Source: Geosiphon pyriformis uo1 (lineage: Eukaryota > Fungi > Glomeromycota). From it: a stretch of 64,000 nt of DNA. The DNA is taken from contig JAAOMT010000295.1 of NCBI GenBank assembly GCA_016748015.1, positions 124,001 through 188,000 of the forward strand, in the 5' to 3' direction. Under the pieces are notes generated by a model. The model searched no databases. It was not told the DNA's origin and worked only from the letters and a program-made list of their open reading frames with translations. A program made the translations under genes and the position numbers. How positions within the stretch are numbered: position 1 is the first letter of the stretch; every line of letters begins with the position of its first letter. Shown piece by piece: positions 23,801 through 40,500 of the stretch.

Positions 23801-26800
23801 AATAAATAATACAAACTTTTAACCAAATTCAAACTAAACTCAAACTTGATAAAAAAATTCAAGTTTAGTTTATAATTCAAATTAAACTTAAATAATATTT
23901 AAAATTTGATTTAATTTAATTTAATAAATTTCTATTATTAATATTAATAAAAAAATAATTAGATTTTAATAAAATAAGTATAGACTTATAAAATTGTATT
24001 AAGAAAATATAAATTAATAAATTTATTTTAAATATGTGTGAATTTTAGGTATTAAATAATTAATTATATAAATTATTTAATAAAATAGAAATTAAATTTG
24101 TTTTTAATACTTTTATTATATATACATAAATCTTCATAATATAAGATTTTTATTATTAAAATTTTTAACATTCTTAAAATTTTTGCTAATATTTTTAGAT
24201 TTCTTAATATTTTATGCTTTAATAATCTATATTAAATTATTAACTATTTATTTTATATTTTGTTTTTTATTTTTGTTTTGTTTTTACTCTGTAAATAACA
24301 ATTTTTTTTTTAAGAATTTAAAAATTTTTGCAATATATACAGTTGTTATTTTTTTGCTTTTTTTGTTTTTTTTTTCTGTATTAATAAATTTAAAAATACT
24401 TTTTTTATTTGCTAAAGTTTTTGAATGCTTATTTTGGTTTTTTACCAAATAATTAAAAAGATTAATATTTGTGTAAATCAGTTTTGACTATTAAATTTAA
24501 TTTGTTGGTAATATAAAGTTTTTTGATTTTAAAAAACAAATAAGTAGTAAATTAAATGTTTAAGTTTAAACAAATAAAACCAAAAAAGATGTAACTAAAA
24601 ATAGTAATTTAATATTGACTTTTTATTTTGATGTTTACAAGTATTTAATAGTAATTCTTGAGATGTTATGTGTTGTTTAACTAAGTTTGAAGATTTTATT
24701 TATTTTTATTTATTGCTAGTTTTTGTTTGAATTTTAAGTTAAAAAAAATTGTGCTTAAACTAAATATGTTTTTTTTACAAAACTTGGTAATATTGTAAAC
24801 AAATTCTTGAAAATAAATAAAACAAATATTGACACCAATAGTTTTTGTTTTAGTTAAATAATAAATTAAATTTTAAAAGGATTTTATTTAACTTTTTTAA
24901 TATTGTAGTTTTTAAAAAAATAGTTGTTGATTCGATTTTTAATATATTATTAGAAAGTTTTTTTTACAGCTATACTTTTATTTTAGATTCTAAATTTTTG
25001 TTTGCAATATGTATAAATTAATTAATAATACTCTAAAGTTGTGTTAAATATGGTTGTTATTTTGATTAAATTGCTATTGTATTGTTTTTGGAAAAAAACT
25101 AAATATTATTAAATATTTTAATTATTATTTGATAATATTGTTAATGCTATTTTGCAGTTAATTCTATTGTTAATAAATTAATTTATTTTCAAAATATTTC
25201 TTTATACTTTAAATTATTGTTGTTGTTAAATTTATAATAGAATAATCAATTTTATGCTAATTACTTTGTATAACTATTTTGCAATAAAAGTTAACTTTTT
25301 TACAAAAATTCTTATTTGTAAACTTTTAAATTATGTTTAGTTATTTTACTGTAAAAGTCAACTTTTCTACAAAAAATCTTAACTGTAAACTATTTAAAAA
25401 AAAATTAAAATAAAAAAATATAAAAGAAATTATTTTTAATTCAGATTTAGAATTTAATTAAGTAATTATTAAAATTAATAGCTAATTAATTTCAAAATAT
25501 TAGTCGTAATTATAAGTTTTTAAACAATAATATTTTGAAAAAAAATTTGGTTTTTAAAGTAGATTTATTGAATTAATTTGTAGTAGATAATTTCTTTGCT
25601 AAGAAAATAATTCTAAACTAAAATAATTCTAATAAAGATATATTTTCTTAAAAAAAAAGCCCTTTTTTTATATAATTTATTGTAATATTATTTTATGATT
25701 TTGTACTTTTTTTTGCTAATATTTTGGCAAACTACAAGTTAGTTTTACAAACTATTATTTATTTTAGTAAATTATTAAATATTTTATCGAATTTTTAAAT
25801 CTTTTGATGAATTCTTGAATGTTATATAGTTTAAGATATTATATGATCTAATATTTATAATTAATTATATTTGTGTATTATATAAATTAAGTTATTAATT
25901 AAATAATAATATTTAATAATTTGGTAAAATAATAAGTAATAATTTAAAATATTAATATATATTAATTAATAATAAAAATTATAAAAGTAATTTTATGCTA
26001 ATTAATAATTTAAATTTCTATTGATAATAATAATAATAAGTAAAAAAACAATTTAGTTACCAATTTTTTATTAAATACTTTAAAACTTTTAAAAAAACAA
26101 AAACTATATTAAAATTATTTTAGATAAGTTATTTTAAAAAAATAAACTTTTAACCAAAAATAAAAAAAAATGGTTTTAAAACAGCAAAAAATTAGTTAAC
26201 TACTATATTATTTAAAAAAATATATCTACAAAGTATTATTAAGCAGTATTATTTATAAAATAATACAAAAAATAAGCAGTAGTTAAATATAGTATAAATT
26301 AGCTAATAATAAAATAAAAATTATTAGATTATATAATATTAAAAATTCCAAAAATACCAGAAAAAATTTTAAAGATTTTAAAAATATTAAAAATTTTAAT
26401 AATAATTCAAGAAAAGTATAAAAATCATTAGAAATTTTAAAAATTTTGTATTACAAAAATTTATATATATATAATAATAACATTAAAAGTAAAAAAAACA
26501 ATTAGTTTATTAAATTTTTATCAAGTAATTTTAATAATTAAAAATTTAGTACTTAAAGTAAATATTTATTTAATAAAAACCATAATTTAATTATTTACTA
26601 TTCAAGTTTTATGAATTTATATTTATTTTAGCAGTTATTTACATTTAACTAATATTAATAACATTAATTTAAAGTTATTAATTATATTAAAACAATAGTT
26701 TTTAATCATAATTATTAATAAAATATTTATTTTTTATTTTTTATTTATTGTTTTTTGTGTATTTTATTTTGTTTTATTAATTAATTAAAAAAAATATTAA

Positions 26801-27829
26801 AATTATAATATTAAAAATTGCTTGGTAAAAATAAATATAAAATTAGTTTATTAATTATTTATTAAAAAAATAAAAATTATTAGAATAAATTAGTTATTAT
26901 ATTAAAAAAATTAGATATTAAATATTGTTAATTATTATGAATTTTTATTTATTTTACAAAAAATTCAATCAACTAAAATTTTTAAATACTAAAATTTTCA
27001 AAGTAAACAACAAACTTAAAATACCAATTTACAAACTAATATATTATATAATTATCTATAATAATAATTTTTACAACTGTAAATATTTTATTAATAAAGA
27101 TACTATTAATTGTTTTAAATAATAAAAATAATAAAAAAGTTTTAATTTTTTTATTCTTTGCTTTAATTATAATTTTAAAATTAAAAAAAAATATTTTATT
27201 TTATTTATTTTATTTATAATATATAAAATATTTATTAATCTTTTAATTAAAATTAAAAAACCAATAAATATAATAATAAGCTTAATTAACAAAACCAATT
27301 TTGTTAATTTAAATTTTAATAATATTTAAAACCAATTATAAATTTAATAATAATAATAAAAAACAAAATCAGTATTTTTAATATATAACTTTAAATTAAT
27401 AAACTAATTTTATAAATTTTAAAATTAATTATAAGCTTAAATAAAAACTTAATAAATAAAAGCCAAATAATTTAAATTTTAATACTTAAAACAAAATTAA
27501 TAATAAAAAATTTTTTATTAAATATAGTTTTTTCTTAAAATATTGGTTTTAACTATAATAATATTTAAGTTTTTTTAAAAATTAAAAATAATAATAACAT
27601 ATTTTAAATATTAAGTAAAATTTACAAAGCAAAAAATAAATAAATATAATTATATACTTGAAAATCCAATTTATTAATTTTAAAAACAACATAATTAAAA
27701 AAATTAATTTGATTTTAAAAATAATTTTTTAAAAGTTTTTAAACTTTTTATAATAGTAATAATTATATTAAGTTAAATATTTTAAAAAAACTTTAATTGA
27801 AAAAAACTTTTATTTAAAGCAAAAAAAGT

Positions 27830-27955
27830 AGTGGCTAGCCACATGTAGTGAGTGCGTGAACTGCATTTAGTCTGGGCCTCTTAGTTTGGTTCTGTATACT
27901 AGACAGCGGTTGGGCTTCACTCGTAAAACGCGTAATAAAAAAAAAAAAAAAAAAA
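27830..27955 (+). mobile_element. Very short LINE 3'-end insertion (SINE-like) with poly(A) and TSD
   Basis: Matches the reverse complement of 16516-16622. Poly(A) tail. Candidate TSD AAAAAAAGT at 27821-27829 and 27949-27957. Confidence 0.85.
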
Positions 27956-30900
27956 GTGTTTTATTAATTAAAAATTGTTATATATTTATATTATTTAAAA
28001 AAAGTATTTTAAAAAAATATTGTTTAGTTGTTTTTATTTTTAAAAAAGTTTTTTAAATATTAAAACTATTAAAAACAATAAAAAAATATTTTTTTTATTT
28101 TTTATTTTAATTATAATTACAAAAATATAAAAAAAGATTTAAATATATATAATAACAAATTAATTACAATAATATTTTAGTATATAAAATAAAATTAAAA
28201 ATTAAAAATTTTAAATCAAAATAAAATAAATATCTTGTTTGTAATAATATTTATAATATTAAATATATTGTTATATTTAATTATCTTAATTATTAAAAAA
28301 TATTATTTGGTACTTTTATCGATTTTTTATGATTTTGCAATTTTTGTATTGTTTTGCTAATAATAATTAGTTTTATATAATTTTTTATAAGAATTTTGTT
28401 CTTTAAAAATTTTTAGTAATATCAAAAATACATATATTATTATTATTAACTTTGTTTAAAATTTGATTATAGTTTATTAAGAATGTTTATAATTGTTATA
28501 TATTAAACTTAGATCTAATTTAAAAAACACAGTTTATTATTTTATAATATTAATTTGTTTAATATTATAAATAAATTTGTTAATTTTTTATTTATTAATT
28601 GTTTTAATTTTAAAAAAAGGCATCTGTTTTTTTAAGTATATATAAGAATGTTTTTGTAATTATAGAAATATAATATAGTTTTAGCTAACTCAAGTAACTA
28701 TTCATATATAATTGGTATATGAATCATGTTTATTTTAAAGTATTTATTACTGTATTATAATAGATAATAATTGAGCCTTATTTATTAATAATAATAATAA
28801 AATTTTAAATAAGAAAAAATATAAACTAAAATTAATAATAAAATTTTTTTATAAATAAAATTATGTTAACAAATTTAAATTTGTTATTGAAAAAATATTA
28901 ATAACTTAAAATAATATTACAATTAATAAAAATTATTTAAAATAAATTATTTTAAATTTATTAATTAACATTTAAAATATTAATTAAATAATATATTCTT
29001 ATATTTAATATTTGTATTTAGTTATTTTAATTAATAATTTGTTGTTATTTAATTAATAAAAATTTCAAAATTATCATGAAAAATTAATATTTTTTTGCCA
29101 CTTTTTTCATAACAATTATCACGTTATTTGTAATTGAACTTATGATCGCCATGCAATTCGAAAAGGATAATGAAGTCGAAAATCTTATTTAAGAAACTCC
29201 TCTCTCGGTCAACATACTTGATCGTAGTTAGTGGGAAGTATATTATGGTCTGGATTTTAAGTCCGATTTTAATATGCGCTGGTAGCACTACCAATGTTAC
29301 TTGCCTACACCCTGCAGTCGTGTTCTGAGCGATTCATCGCACAAAGCAACATGCGTTCTTGCTTGAAGTGGGAAGCGTATTATAGTTTGGGCCTTTGGGC
29401 CCAATTGTAACATGTGTTGGCAAATAACAATCAATTAGTTTATATAAGACAGGTAAATTTTCTTCACTATTTTCATTAAGAACTGTGATAAAGATTCTGC
29501 AAATGAATTGTTATGGAAAAACCATCTTGCGAAATTAGAATCATTGGCTATTTCGGATCGAGTAAATAAAGTATGTGTTGTCTTTGATCTTACTAATATG
29601 TTTAACCGAATAAATATGCCTTCGGTTGAACACTTTTTATATATCCTAGAGTACTTTATTCGAATGGAACAACACATCTGTATTGGGGTCTCATGGAAGG
29701 CTTCCCTAAATTTGAATCGAGCACCAATTTAATTAGCGATAAAATTCTTACTGCCAGATGGAACAGTTTTTAATCGGAAAAATTTATCGATCATTAATTA
29801 CAATCTATCTTGCAAAATGTTTAATCAGGGAACCCGTGACTCAAGTTGCTAATGAAGTAAAGCGATGCGTTTACAATCTACGAATGATACCATACGGTGA
29901 ATCTATTGGCGCGTTCAATTTATCCAACATCTAACTTGTGAGCGTAAGAATCAACTTTGCTTATATACCGCTTAATGTCAAAAATGGAGGTCTAAATGAT
30001 CGAAATATTGCTATTAGGCATCAAGCTGCCTTGAACACGGGAGTTTTGACCTATCGACGAAAACATTAAGAGAACAGTGACACACCTGCTTAATATTATA
30101 ATGAATTTATTCAACAGAGAAACGGGTTAAATAAGCCTATTTCTGTTTTTCAATCCCTTTGAGAAATTAATTATTCAATTGGGAAGATATTTGATAATGA
30201 TAAAATTACGTGACAAACAATTGTGTCCAATAAAGGCGTTATCTATTCTAAGATCCCAATGTAAAACATGATACAAATATTCCATCAATTTCTGTCTTGA
30301 AACTTATTGATGTAGTTCGAATCAGCGTTTTCAGGCAATCGAAACTTGCAAATGATTGCTATAAGAAAATTAAGAACTTTGGAGTTTGCCTATAAAGTCT
30401 AATTAAACCTGCATTGTCATCTAATTTTCCGCTTCACAAACTTCAGTATCGTTCTATAAAGATGCACTCACAACGAAGTTTAAGGTATCACTCGAAAATG
30501 TCCTGTTTCAATAAGTACTTTTAATATTGACTGTTGGCGAAAATCTGGTTGTAACATGATTCATCGTGCACAACAATCCAACCTCTCTGGGTCAACATCG
30601 TTTTTTCCGGAGCAATTCTTACACAGCAAGCAGATATTCTTCCTCGGCTATAGATTTTGTTTTTCAAGTAATTTTTTGATGCCGTTCAGTTGCCCTCTTA
30701 GCCTGTAATCATCTCAAAATATTATTGATTGTATGTAGCTCCATTCACCTTAAACGCAAAGTTCATGGCCATTATCACATCATTTTGTAATAACATTTTT
30801 TTAGACTTTTATTATCTGTTGGGCGAATATGATTTTAGGGATCATACACGCAAATGCAAGTAAAATGAAATAATTACAAATTGTATTTACAACTCCTACG

Positions 30901-31085
30901 TATCTAAAAATGTTTATGGAACGGATGGAATAAAAAGAACAGAGATGGGCAATAAGAGAGTAGGAAATAAAAACACAAAGTGACAAGGATAATATGAATT
31001 AGCTATATTGCTGACTAATTATAAAGAAAAATGTACAGCTTCAAGTAAATTTGAAATAAAGCTTAACACTTTCCCTCTCACCTTC

Positions 31086-33727
<2,642 letters not shown>

Positions 33728-34794
33728 ACAGCGTCAAGAGTGAATTCCATACGATTAAAGCGAGAAATTACACTGGTAGAATCATAAGAATTAGACCAAC
33801 AGGGGTAGTGATTTTTTTTTGTGATGTTTACGTATTAGTAAAAATGTGACTTGTTTGCTGACTTTAGATTTCATTACTTGGAATTTTCCCAAAATGACTT
33901 GTCAATAATAAACTTTTTAACCAAAATATACTTGAATTATATTTTTAAGTTATTTAAAAAGAGACTATTTATATTCTTAAACATAAACAGTATTTAAATA
34001 TTTTTTAGATTTAAAAAGAATCAACAAATAACAAAAGAAATTTAGACTTAATTAATATTAGACATTATTAAAATTTAAAAAAAAAAACAGTTATTATATA
34101 AATAAAAATAATATTAAAATAAAAAATTATTGAGAAATATGAAACAAATTTTTTTAGAAAAAATAATTTTTATATAATTAAGCATATTATAAAATCTATT
34201 ATTTAAATTACTAGTTTTTAATAATTATTTGTAAATTTTTAGAAATAAAATGATTTTTTAATTATAAATATTTATGTATTAAATTTTTGTAAAATTTTAT
34301 TTGAAATATTGTAAAAAATTAATTAATTAATTAAACACATGAATTTATAAATCAAAAAATAATAAATTTGCAAATACAAAAAACAAAAAAATTGTTTAAA
34401 AACATGAATTATAATTTTAACTAAAAATATTTATTTAATTAATTTACATATTGTGAATTTTATTATCAAAACATAATAATGTTGTAATGTTTCTCACAAT
34501 ATCATACTGTCTTTAGTTAAAAAAAAACTTTAATTGTGCAATTGATTAAGAATTTTCTTTTTTTAATACTTGACAATATCCTCCATATATAATAAAAATA
34601 ATTGTAAAAATAATGATCAACAAAATTAACAAAATTCAAATGTTCGTAACTTGTGGAAATATATTAAAAGATGAAGCTGGAAAAGTGTGGCTAATTGATA
34701 GACAACATGACCGATAATATGTGCCCGTATACTATGTGGAACTTGAAATCTACAAAAAATCGACAGAGGCATTTTCCTTCCCTAATTTTTGACC

Positions 34795-35710
34795 ATGTCC
34801 CCACCAGTAGCCTACGTAATTTCCACAAAAGCTTATCAAAAACTCATACTACATGCGAGCAAACACCCCTCTGCAACCGTCAACGGGGTTTTACTCGGCA
34901 GTTATACTTCGTCAGATGCTGGGAACGACGATACTGTCGCGATCACCGACGCTGTGCCTTTGTTTCATCATTGGACTACGTTGACACCAATGCTTGAGGT
35001 TGGGCTGCAGCAGGTAGGGTTTTGTTTGAAAGCTTGTTGATTTCTTTCAGAGAGTACTCAAGTAAATAGGGTTGGTGGTGAAAAGAAAACGGGAAATTGG
35101 GATTAAATGACTACTTTTTCGGTTTGAAAGGTTGACATATACGCAGCACACCATAAGCTTCGCATCGTAGGTTATTATCATGCCAATGCCCAAGCAGCTG
35201 ATAAATCATTGCCCGGGATTGGGATGAAAATCGCTTCAAAAATACGGGAGAGTTTCACTGATGCGATTGCGCTTGTTGTGAGTCGATTAATTTTTGGATA
35301 GCTGCTAAAATTATTATTATTTTATTAAATGATTTTTTTTATTTCGGCAGGTTCAAAATACTAAATTATCACAAGATACACCTGAAGTTGCCGTTCTGGT
35401 ATTTAAATTCGTTATTACTATCAATGTATTATTGAGTTTGAAATTTATTAGCTTCTGTTTTATCTTCTAGCCATATATTTTCAAAGAAAATCAATGGCGT
35501 CCTGTTAAACCGGCATTTGAATCAGAGAGTAGCTCCTCTTCATTGCCATCAAAATTTACCCTAATGAATGCCGACGCACCCAATCTAACTTCAAAATCTA
35601 TCAAACGTAAAATATACGAATATTTATATGACTTCGATGAACATCTCGAGAATATCGAGTTAGATTGGCTGGGTAATGAAATATTATGGGCTTTAATCAA
35701 GTCAAAATAG
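34795..35710 (+). CDS. EMC8: ER membrane protein complex subunit 8/9 (UPF0172, MPN-like), 4 exons: 34795-35013, 35131-35277, 35351-35398, 35471-35710
   Basis: AYQKLILHASKHP..VNGVLLG, DAVPLFH..LTPMLEVGLQQVD, IVGYYHAN, LYDFDEHLENIELDWLGN. Canonical GT-AG introns preserve the frame. Confidence 0.92.
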
Positions 35711-37584
35711 TCACATAAGTCAATTTATGTGAGAATCATAGAATTATAAGAGGGCGAGATATTGGTAAGTTGGTAAAGAACTTTCATATTTTTTTTGTTG
35801 ATACTAATAAAATAATTTTTCAAAACAGATAGTTAGTGTTGGATTATCGAGCCACAAAAAACTCGATAGATACACTCAGGAAACAGAAAAATTAAACAAT
35901 TTTGAGACAAGAAACGTCATAATCGTACCAGATTTTGAAATCCCAAGGACAAAATAAACTCATTTCATCCTACTCAATTTCACTTTTCATGCCATTGATG
36001 CTGACACGTATGATTACAACATTTGTAAAAAATGGACATGGGTTCATCGGCGGAGCGCGTCTGAATTTGCATAAAGTATGCGCGTTTATGTTCACATTTT
36101 GGACATGTAGCTTTTATTCCGGGGTTCACACGCGATGAGTATTATTTTAGAACACAACAGAAATTTTCGGGGTGCATTAAAAATATTTGCCTCACCATCG
36201 GTTGAATCCACATTCTTCCAACCTTCCTCACCACCGAGCACATCATCTACTTCCTTACGCTTTAATCGCGTCTCGGATTTTATCTATTTCATTTATGAGT
36301 TAAGTGAATTTATGATCGAAATGGAAAATTTTAAAGCTTTAACTCTAGTATAGTTCAAAGGACAATGCTTATAAGGATTTTCATTGTTATTTGCTCTTAA
36401 TCTTTTTTGACCAAAAATTACACTCTTTATATACCAAATTACAAAAAACCCCTTTTCAAACTCACCGGTTCTCGAATTCGAAAATTGTATGGACATGTCT
36501 GACAATAAAACTGTTGGCCGTTGTAACCTGACTGTACGAGCAACATGTTTCCACACGTCGGACAGAATAACATTGTTCTGAAAGGAGGTGATCTGCCAAA
36601 GTGAAATTTCTGTAGTTTTCATGGGAATCAATGACTCATATCTTACTTATAGCTTGATTTATATTTTGGTAAGCAATAAATAACAGTTAATACAATATAT
36701 AATTAAAATTGTTGTTAATCGCAAATTTTGTAATTATTAATTAGTTTAGCCTGTGCAAATTAATTTAAATTTAACAAATTTGTTGCCAATTAATTTTAAG
36801 TTAATTATTTGTAATATTTTTTTAAACTTTTAATAACAATAATATTATATTTAATTTTTAAAAAAACTTATTTTTAACCAAAATTAATAGTTATTTAACT
36901 TTAAAGTTATTAATTTATAGCATAATAAAATATATTTTTTTGTTTACATAAATTACTTATATTAATAAAAATCTTAGTAAATTAGAACAAAATTATGCAG
37001 TTATAAATTAAAATACTTAATAGTAGTTTAAAACTGTAAACATTTTTTGAAAATATTTGCTTTATAAACAATTTGATATTATTACAAATTACAAAAGCTT
37101 AATATAATTAAAAATCTTTTTTTCTTAATTTTATGATTACAATTAAAGCAAAAAGTAAAAAAGTTTTAAATATCTTTTAAAATATTTTTTTTATTTTTGG
37201 CTGGTAATTATTTTTCAATTAAAGTTTCTTTCAAAAAATACATTAAAGTTGGTTTTAATATTATTTTTATCTTTTAAAGATTTTAATAATAAGTTAATTA
37301 ACAAACTAGTATTTTTTGTTTTTATTACTATTTTTAATATTATTACTTTGCAAATAACCAAAAAAACCAAAGACTTTAAAAAATAGCAGCAATTATTTAT
37401 GTTTATTATTATTATATTAAATTTTTTTATAGTTTTAAATAAAATTTTGAATAAAATCTTTATAATAGCAATTAGTTTTTTTTTAATATATGTAACAATA
37501 ATAACAATATTTTTTTTAAAACAATTTAAGATTAATTACTAATTCTATTATTAAATATAATGTTTATTAACAAATTATTATTAA

Positions 37585-40500
37585 TTTTTTTATTTGTTTA
37601 TTTTAATGAGTGAGATCCAAACATTGCCTAGTTTTATATATCAAAGAAATGATCTATACTAGATGTGAATCATGCTTTTTTTACATGCGACCAGCCACTC
37701 AGGCTAATTAAAACAACATTATGCAGCTATATAAACTAAAACTGAATCACCTATTTCAAAAAAAAACAAACAAGATTTGTGAAATCCAAAACATACACCA
37801 AAAGTCTCAGCTATGCCAAGCATTTTAATCACATCAGCAGAAAATCCTGAAGCCAAACCAGAGACCAATATGAGAGCTGAACCATCAAAAAGAATCAAGC
37901 CATTCTTCTCCATATATGCTTAATGTTTAGCATGAACCAGTCAGACATTATTCCTAAAAGCAAGACTAAAAGAGTACACAAACTCAACTACCTCATGACA
38001 AGCAATCTTGTGATCACAGAAAATGGAAATAGTTTCACGAAACCAACCATCAAAAACACAACCCTTAAAAAGAGCCATCAACAAAGAAAAATCAGAAACA
38101 CAGGTCAACAACAACTGGAGCACACCCAAAGAGGAATAAAAGAGACCCAAAAGTGATTTCCAAGAATTCATATGGGCTTCCAGTATTTGATGCCAAGTAG
38201 GCTCATCAACTCTACAGGAAAACACATGATCTGATACTTCCATCTCACTACAATACAAGCACAGTACACTGAAATAATGTTTATTATAGAGGCACTTACA
38301 AATGGCCACAGACAACTAACAATACAAAGCTTTCATAAAATAAGTGCACACATTAGCTGAGGCCTTGCTGATATAACCAGTGGTCATGTGCAAATCAGAA
38401 TGTCACATCAGTAAAAAACGGTGCCAATCAATCTCAGAGAGCAAACCATGAGGCACAAACTTTAAACCAGAACCAATCTTCCAATGTGCACAACAGACAA
38501 AATAATAAACATCACAAACAAAATGTCTAGAATTGCTAAAAATAATACTGCCATCAGCCACCAAAAAATGTTTACTCAGATAAAAAGAAAGAAACCAATT
38601 AAAAACAGATGCATCACCAATAAGTGAATCAGCACAGTCATTTTCTGAAATGTCAGAGTGACTCTTTATCTTGTGTCAACTAACACTCAAATTTTTACTG
38701 TAAATAACATTAACTATATGTCAATGCTTGACCCAACACTAATTATGAAAATTGGGACACATCAAAACCAATTCCAACTTGTAAGCATCCAAAGCAAATT
38801 AACTATTCGAAAACAAATGAACAAAACTAGACAAAGGAACACATTCTAAAGCCAATGCAATAGCTTGCATCTCAGCCAAAGTAGATGACATCAAACTCAA
38901 TATTCCAATGCCCAAACCTAAATCAATGTCTTCAAAAAAAACAGCAGTACCAGCCTTATAGCCAACTGTGCCCAAACTCTTCAGAGACCCATCTATGTAT
39001 ACAGATAAACTACCAGTACCAACCCAAGACAGATGATTACATACAAACATAAAACTGCTAGAGCCAAGAACATTTAGAGGACCAATACCACTTAATACTG
39101 AGGAAAGAGTCGGAGACAAATTTATACTATTGAAAAATGCAGTAGAAAGTTTAAACCACTTAGAAACAGGCCCATGAGAGTTCAGCCTCTTCCACCACTT
39201 AAATGTGTACCAATCAAAAACAGCACCATGATGATCACAAAGCTGATCCACAAATACAATATCATATTATTGAAGAGAAAAAAGAAACTTGAAAAACATC
39301 AACTCACCAAAAGCAACAGACATAAGAATCCCACTATAAATGTGAAAAGAATTGGCCAGAAAGTCACTAATAGACAGATTGCAATTACAAAGAACCCAAA
39401 CCATGTCCACCAAGAAATTATTAGAAGCACCAACATGAATACAAACAGAAGAACACAAAGAATGAACAGAATGCCAATAAAAAACTTGCAAATCATGAGA
39501 TCTATAAGAAAACAATTGACCCAGAATTCCACTGTAGTTTGCAAAGTTAATAAAAAAGGCAATCTTACTTTTAGATTGAATTTGCACAAAAGATTTCAAA
39601 CCATAAAAAGAAAGATAGTGAATTGTATCACTAGGAAAGTCAAGAGGCAGACCAGACTTGATCTTTAGCCCCTTATGAATTAGAGCATCTCACTTGTTAT
39701 ATACACCAACCAGAACAAAACTAAACTGCATCCTATAACTGACTATAGAATAAAGTACTGTTAACACCAAATATAAAAACTGTTTATCTGAGACCACCTT
39801 TTATAAAACCAAATTGATAAAAAAGCAAATGTCTGAATGTGTCTTAGCCAAACTAGGCTTTGAAAGACCTTCAGTCGAAAGAAAAATATTCAGGTATTGA
39901 TAAGATTTACCCTTTTTAGCAATAAAGATAGGTGCACCATTAATAGAGAGAGAAGGAATGCTAACTCTGCTATTAATGGGAATGGCCATTGTTTTGTTAT
40001 TATTGATTAAAATGTCATTAATCCAAAAGAAATTACTAGCAATATTGAGAATATGCTGTGTAGCACTCTGACTGCTACCAATCCAAATTGTATTATCAAC
40101 AAAGACGCCAGCAGCAAAAAAGGAAAAAAGCCCAGTCTAAAATTCAGTGCGATTACTTTTGGAAACAAAATAAAAATTTAGTCTATACCTGTACACACTT
40201 TCTTGACACTTAATCTTATACAACAGAGGATCATAAAATATGCACCACAAAAGGAGGGAAAAAACTTCTCCTTAGTCCAAACCATCATGCACACAATAAC
40301 TACTTGTTAAACCAAAATCTGTCATAATTCTGTTGGTATGATCTCTATGAATATTACCAAAAAATTGAATGAATTTGCTGCACATCTTGATCCTAACCAA
40401 ACTCTTCTCAAAATATTCCCAGCTGACTGAATCGTATGTTTTTTGCATGTTTTGTAAAACCAGCCAAAGCTCTCTGTTCTTTTCCAAAACATCTTTAATA

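Larger units (their letters stand above)
14015..26029 (-). mobile_element. Ancient, extremely AT-eroded family-A-like LTR element (A0) with nested LINEs
   Basis: Two mutually similar segments (~14015-14769, ~25104-26029) match the reverse complement of the A LTR. 14770-14870 matches the A PPT/ORF3 end. 24760-25065 matches the A gag start. Confidence 0.7.

Noticed and set aside
24183-24452. Hydrophobic ORF resembling a membrane protein (also 26925-27122)
   Set aside because: Artefact of extreme AT content in eroded repeats.
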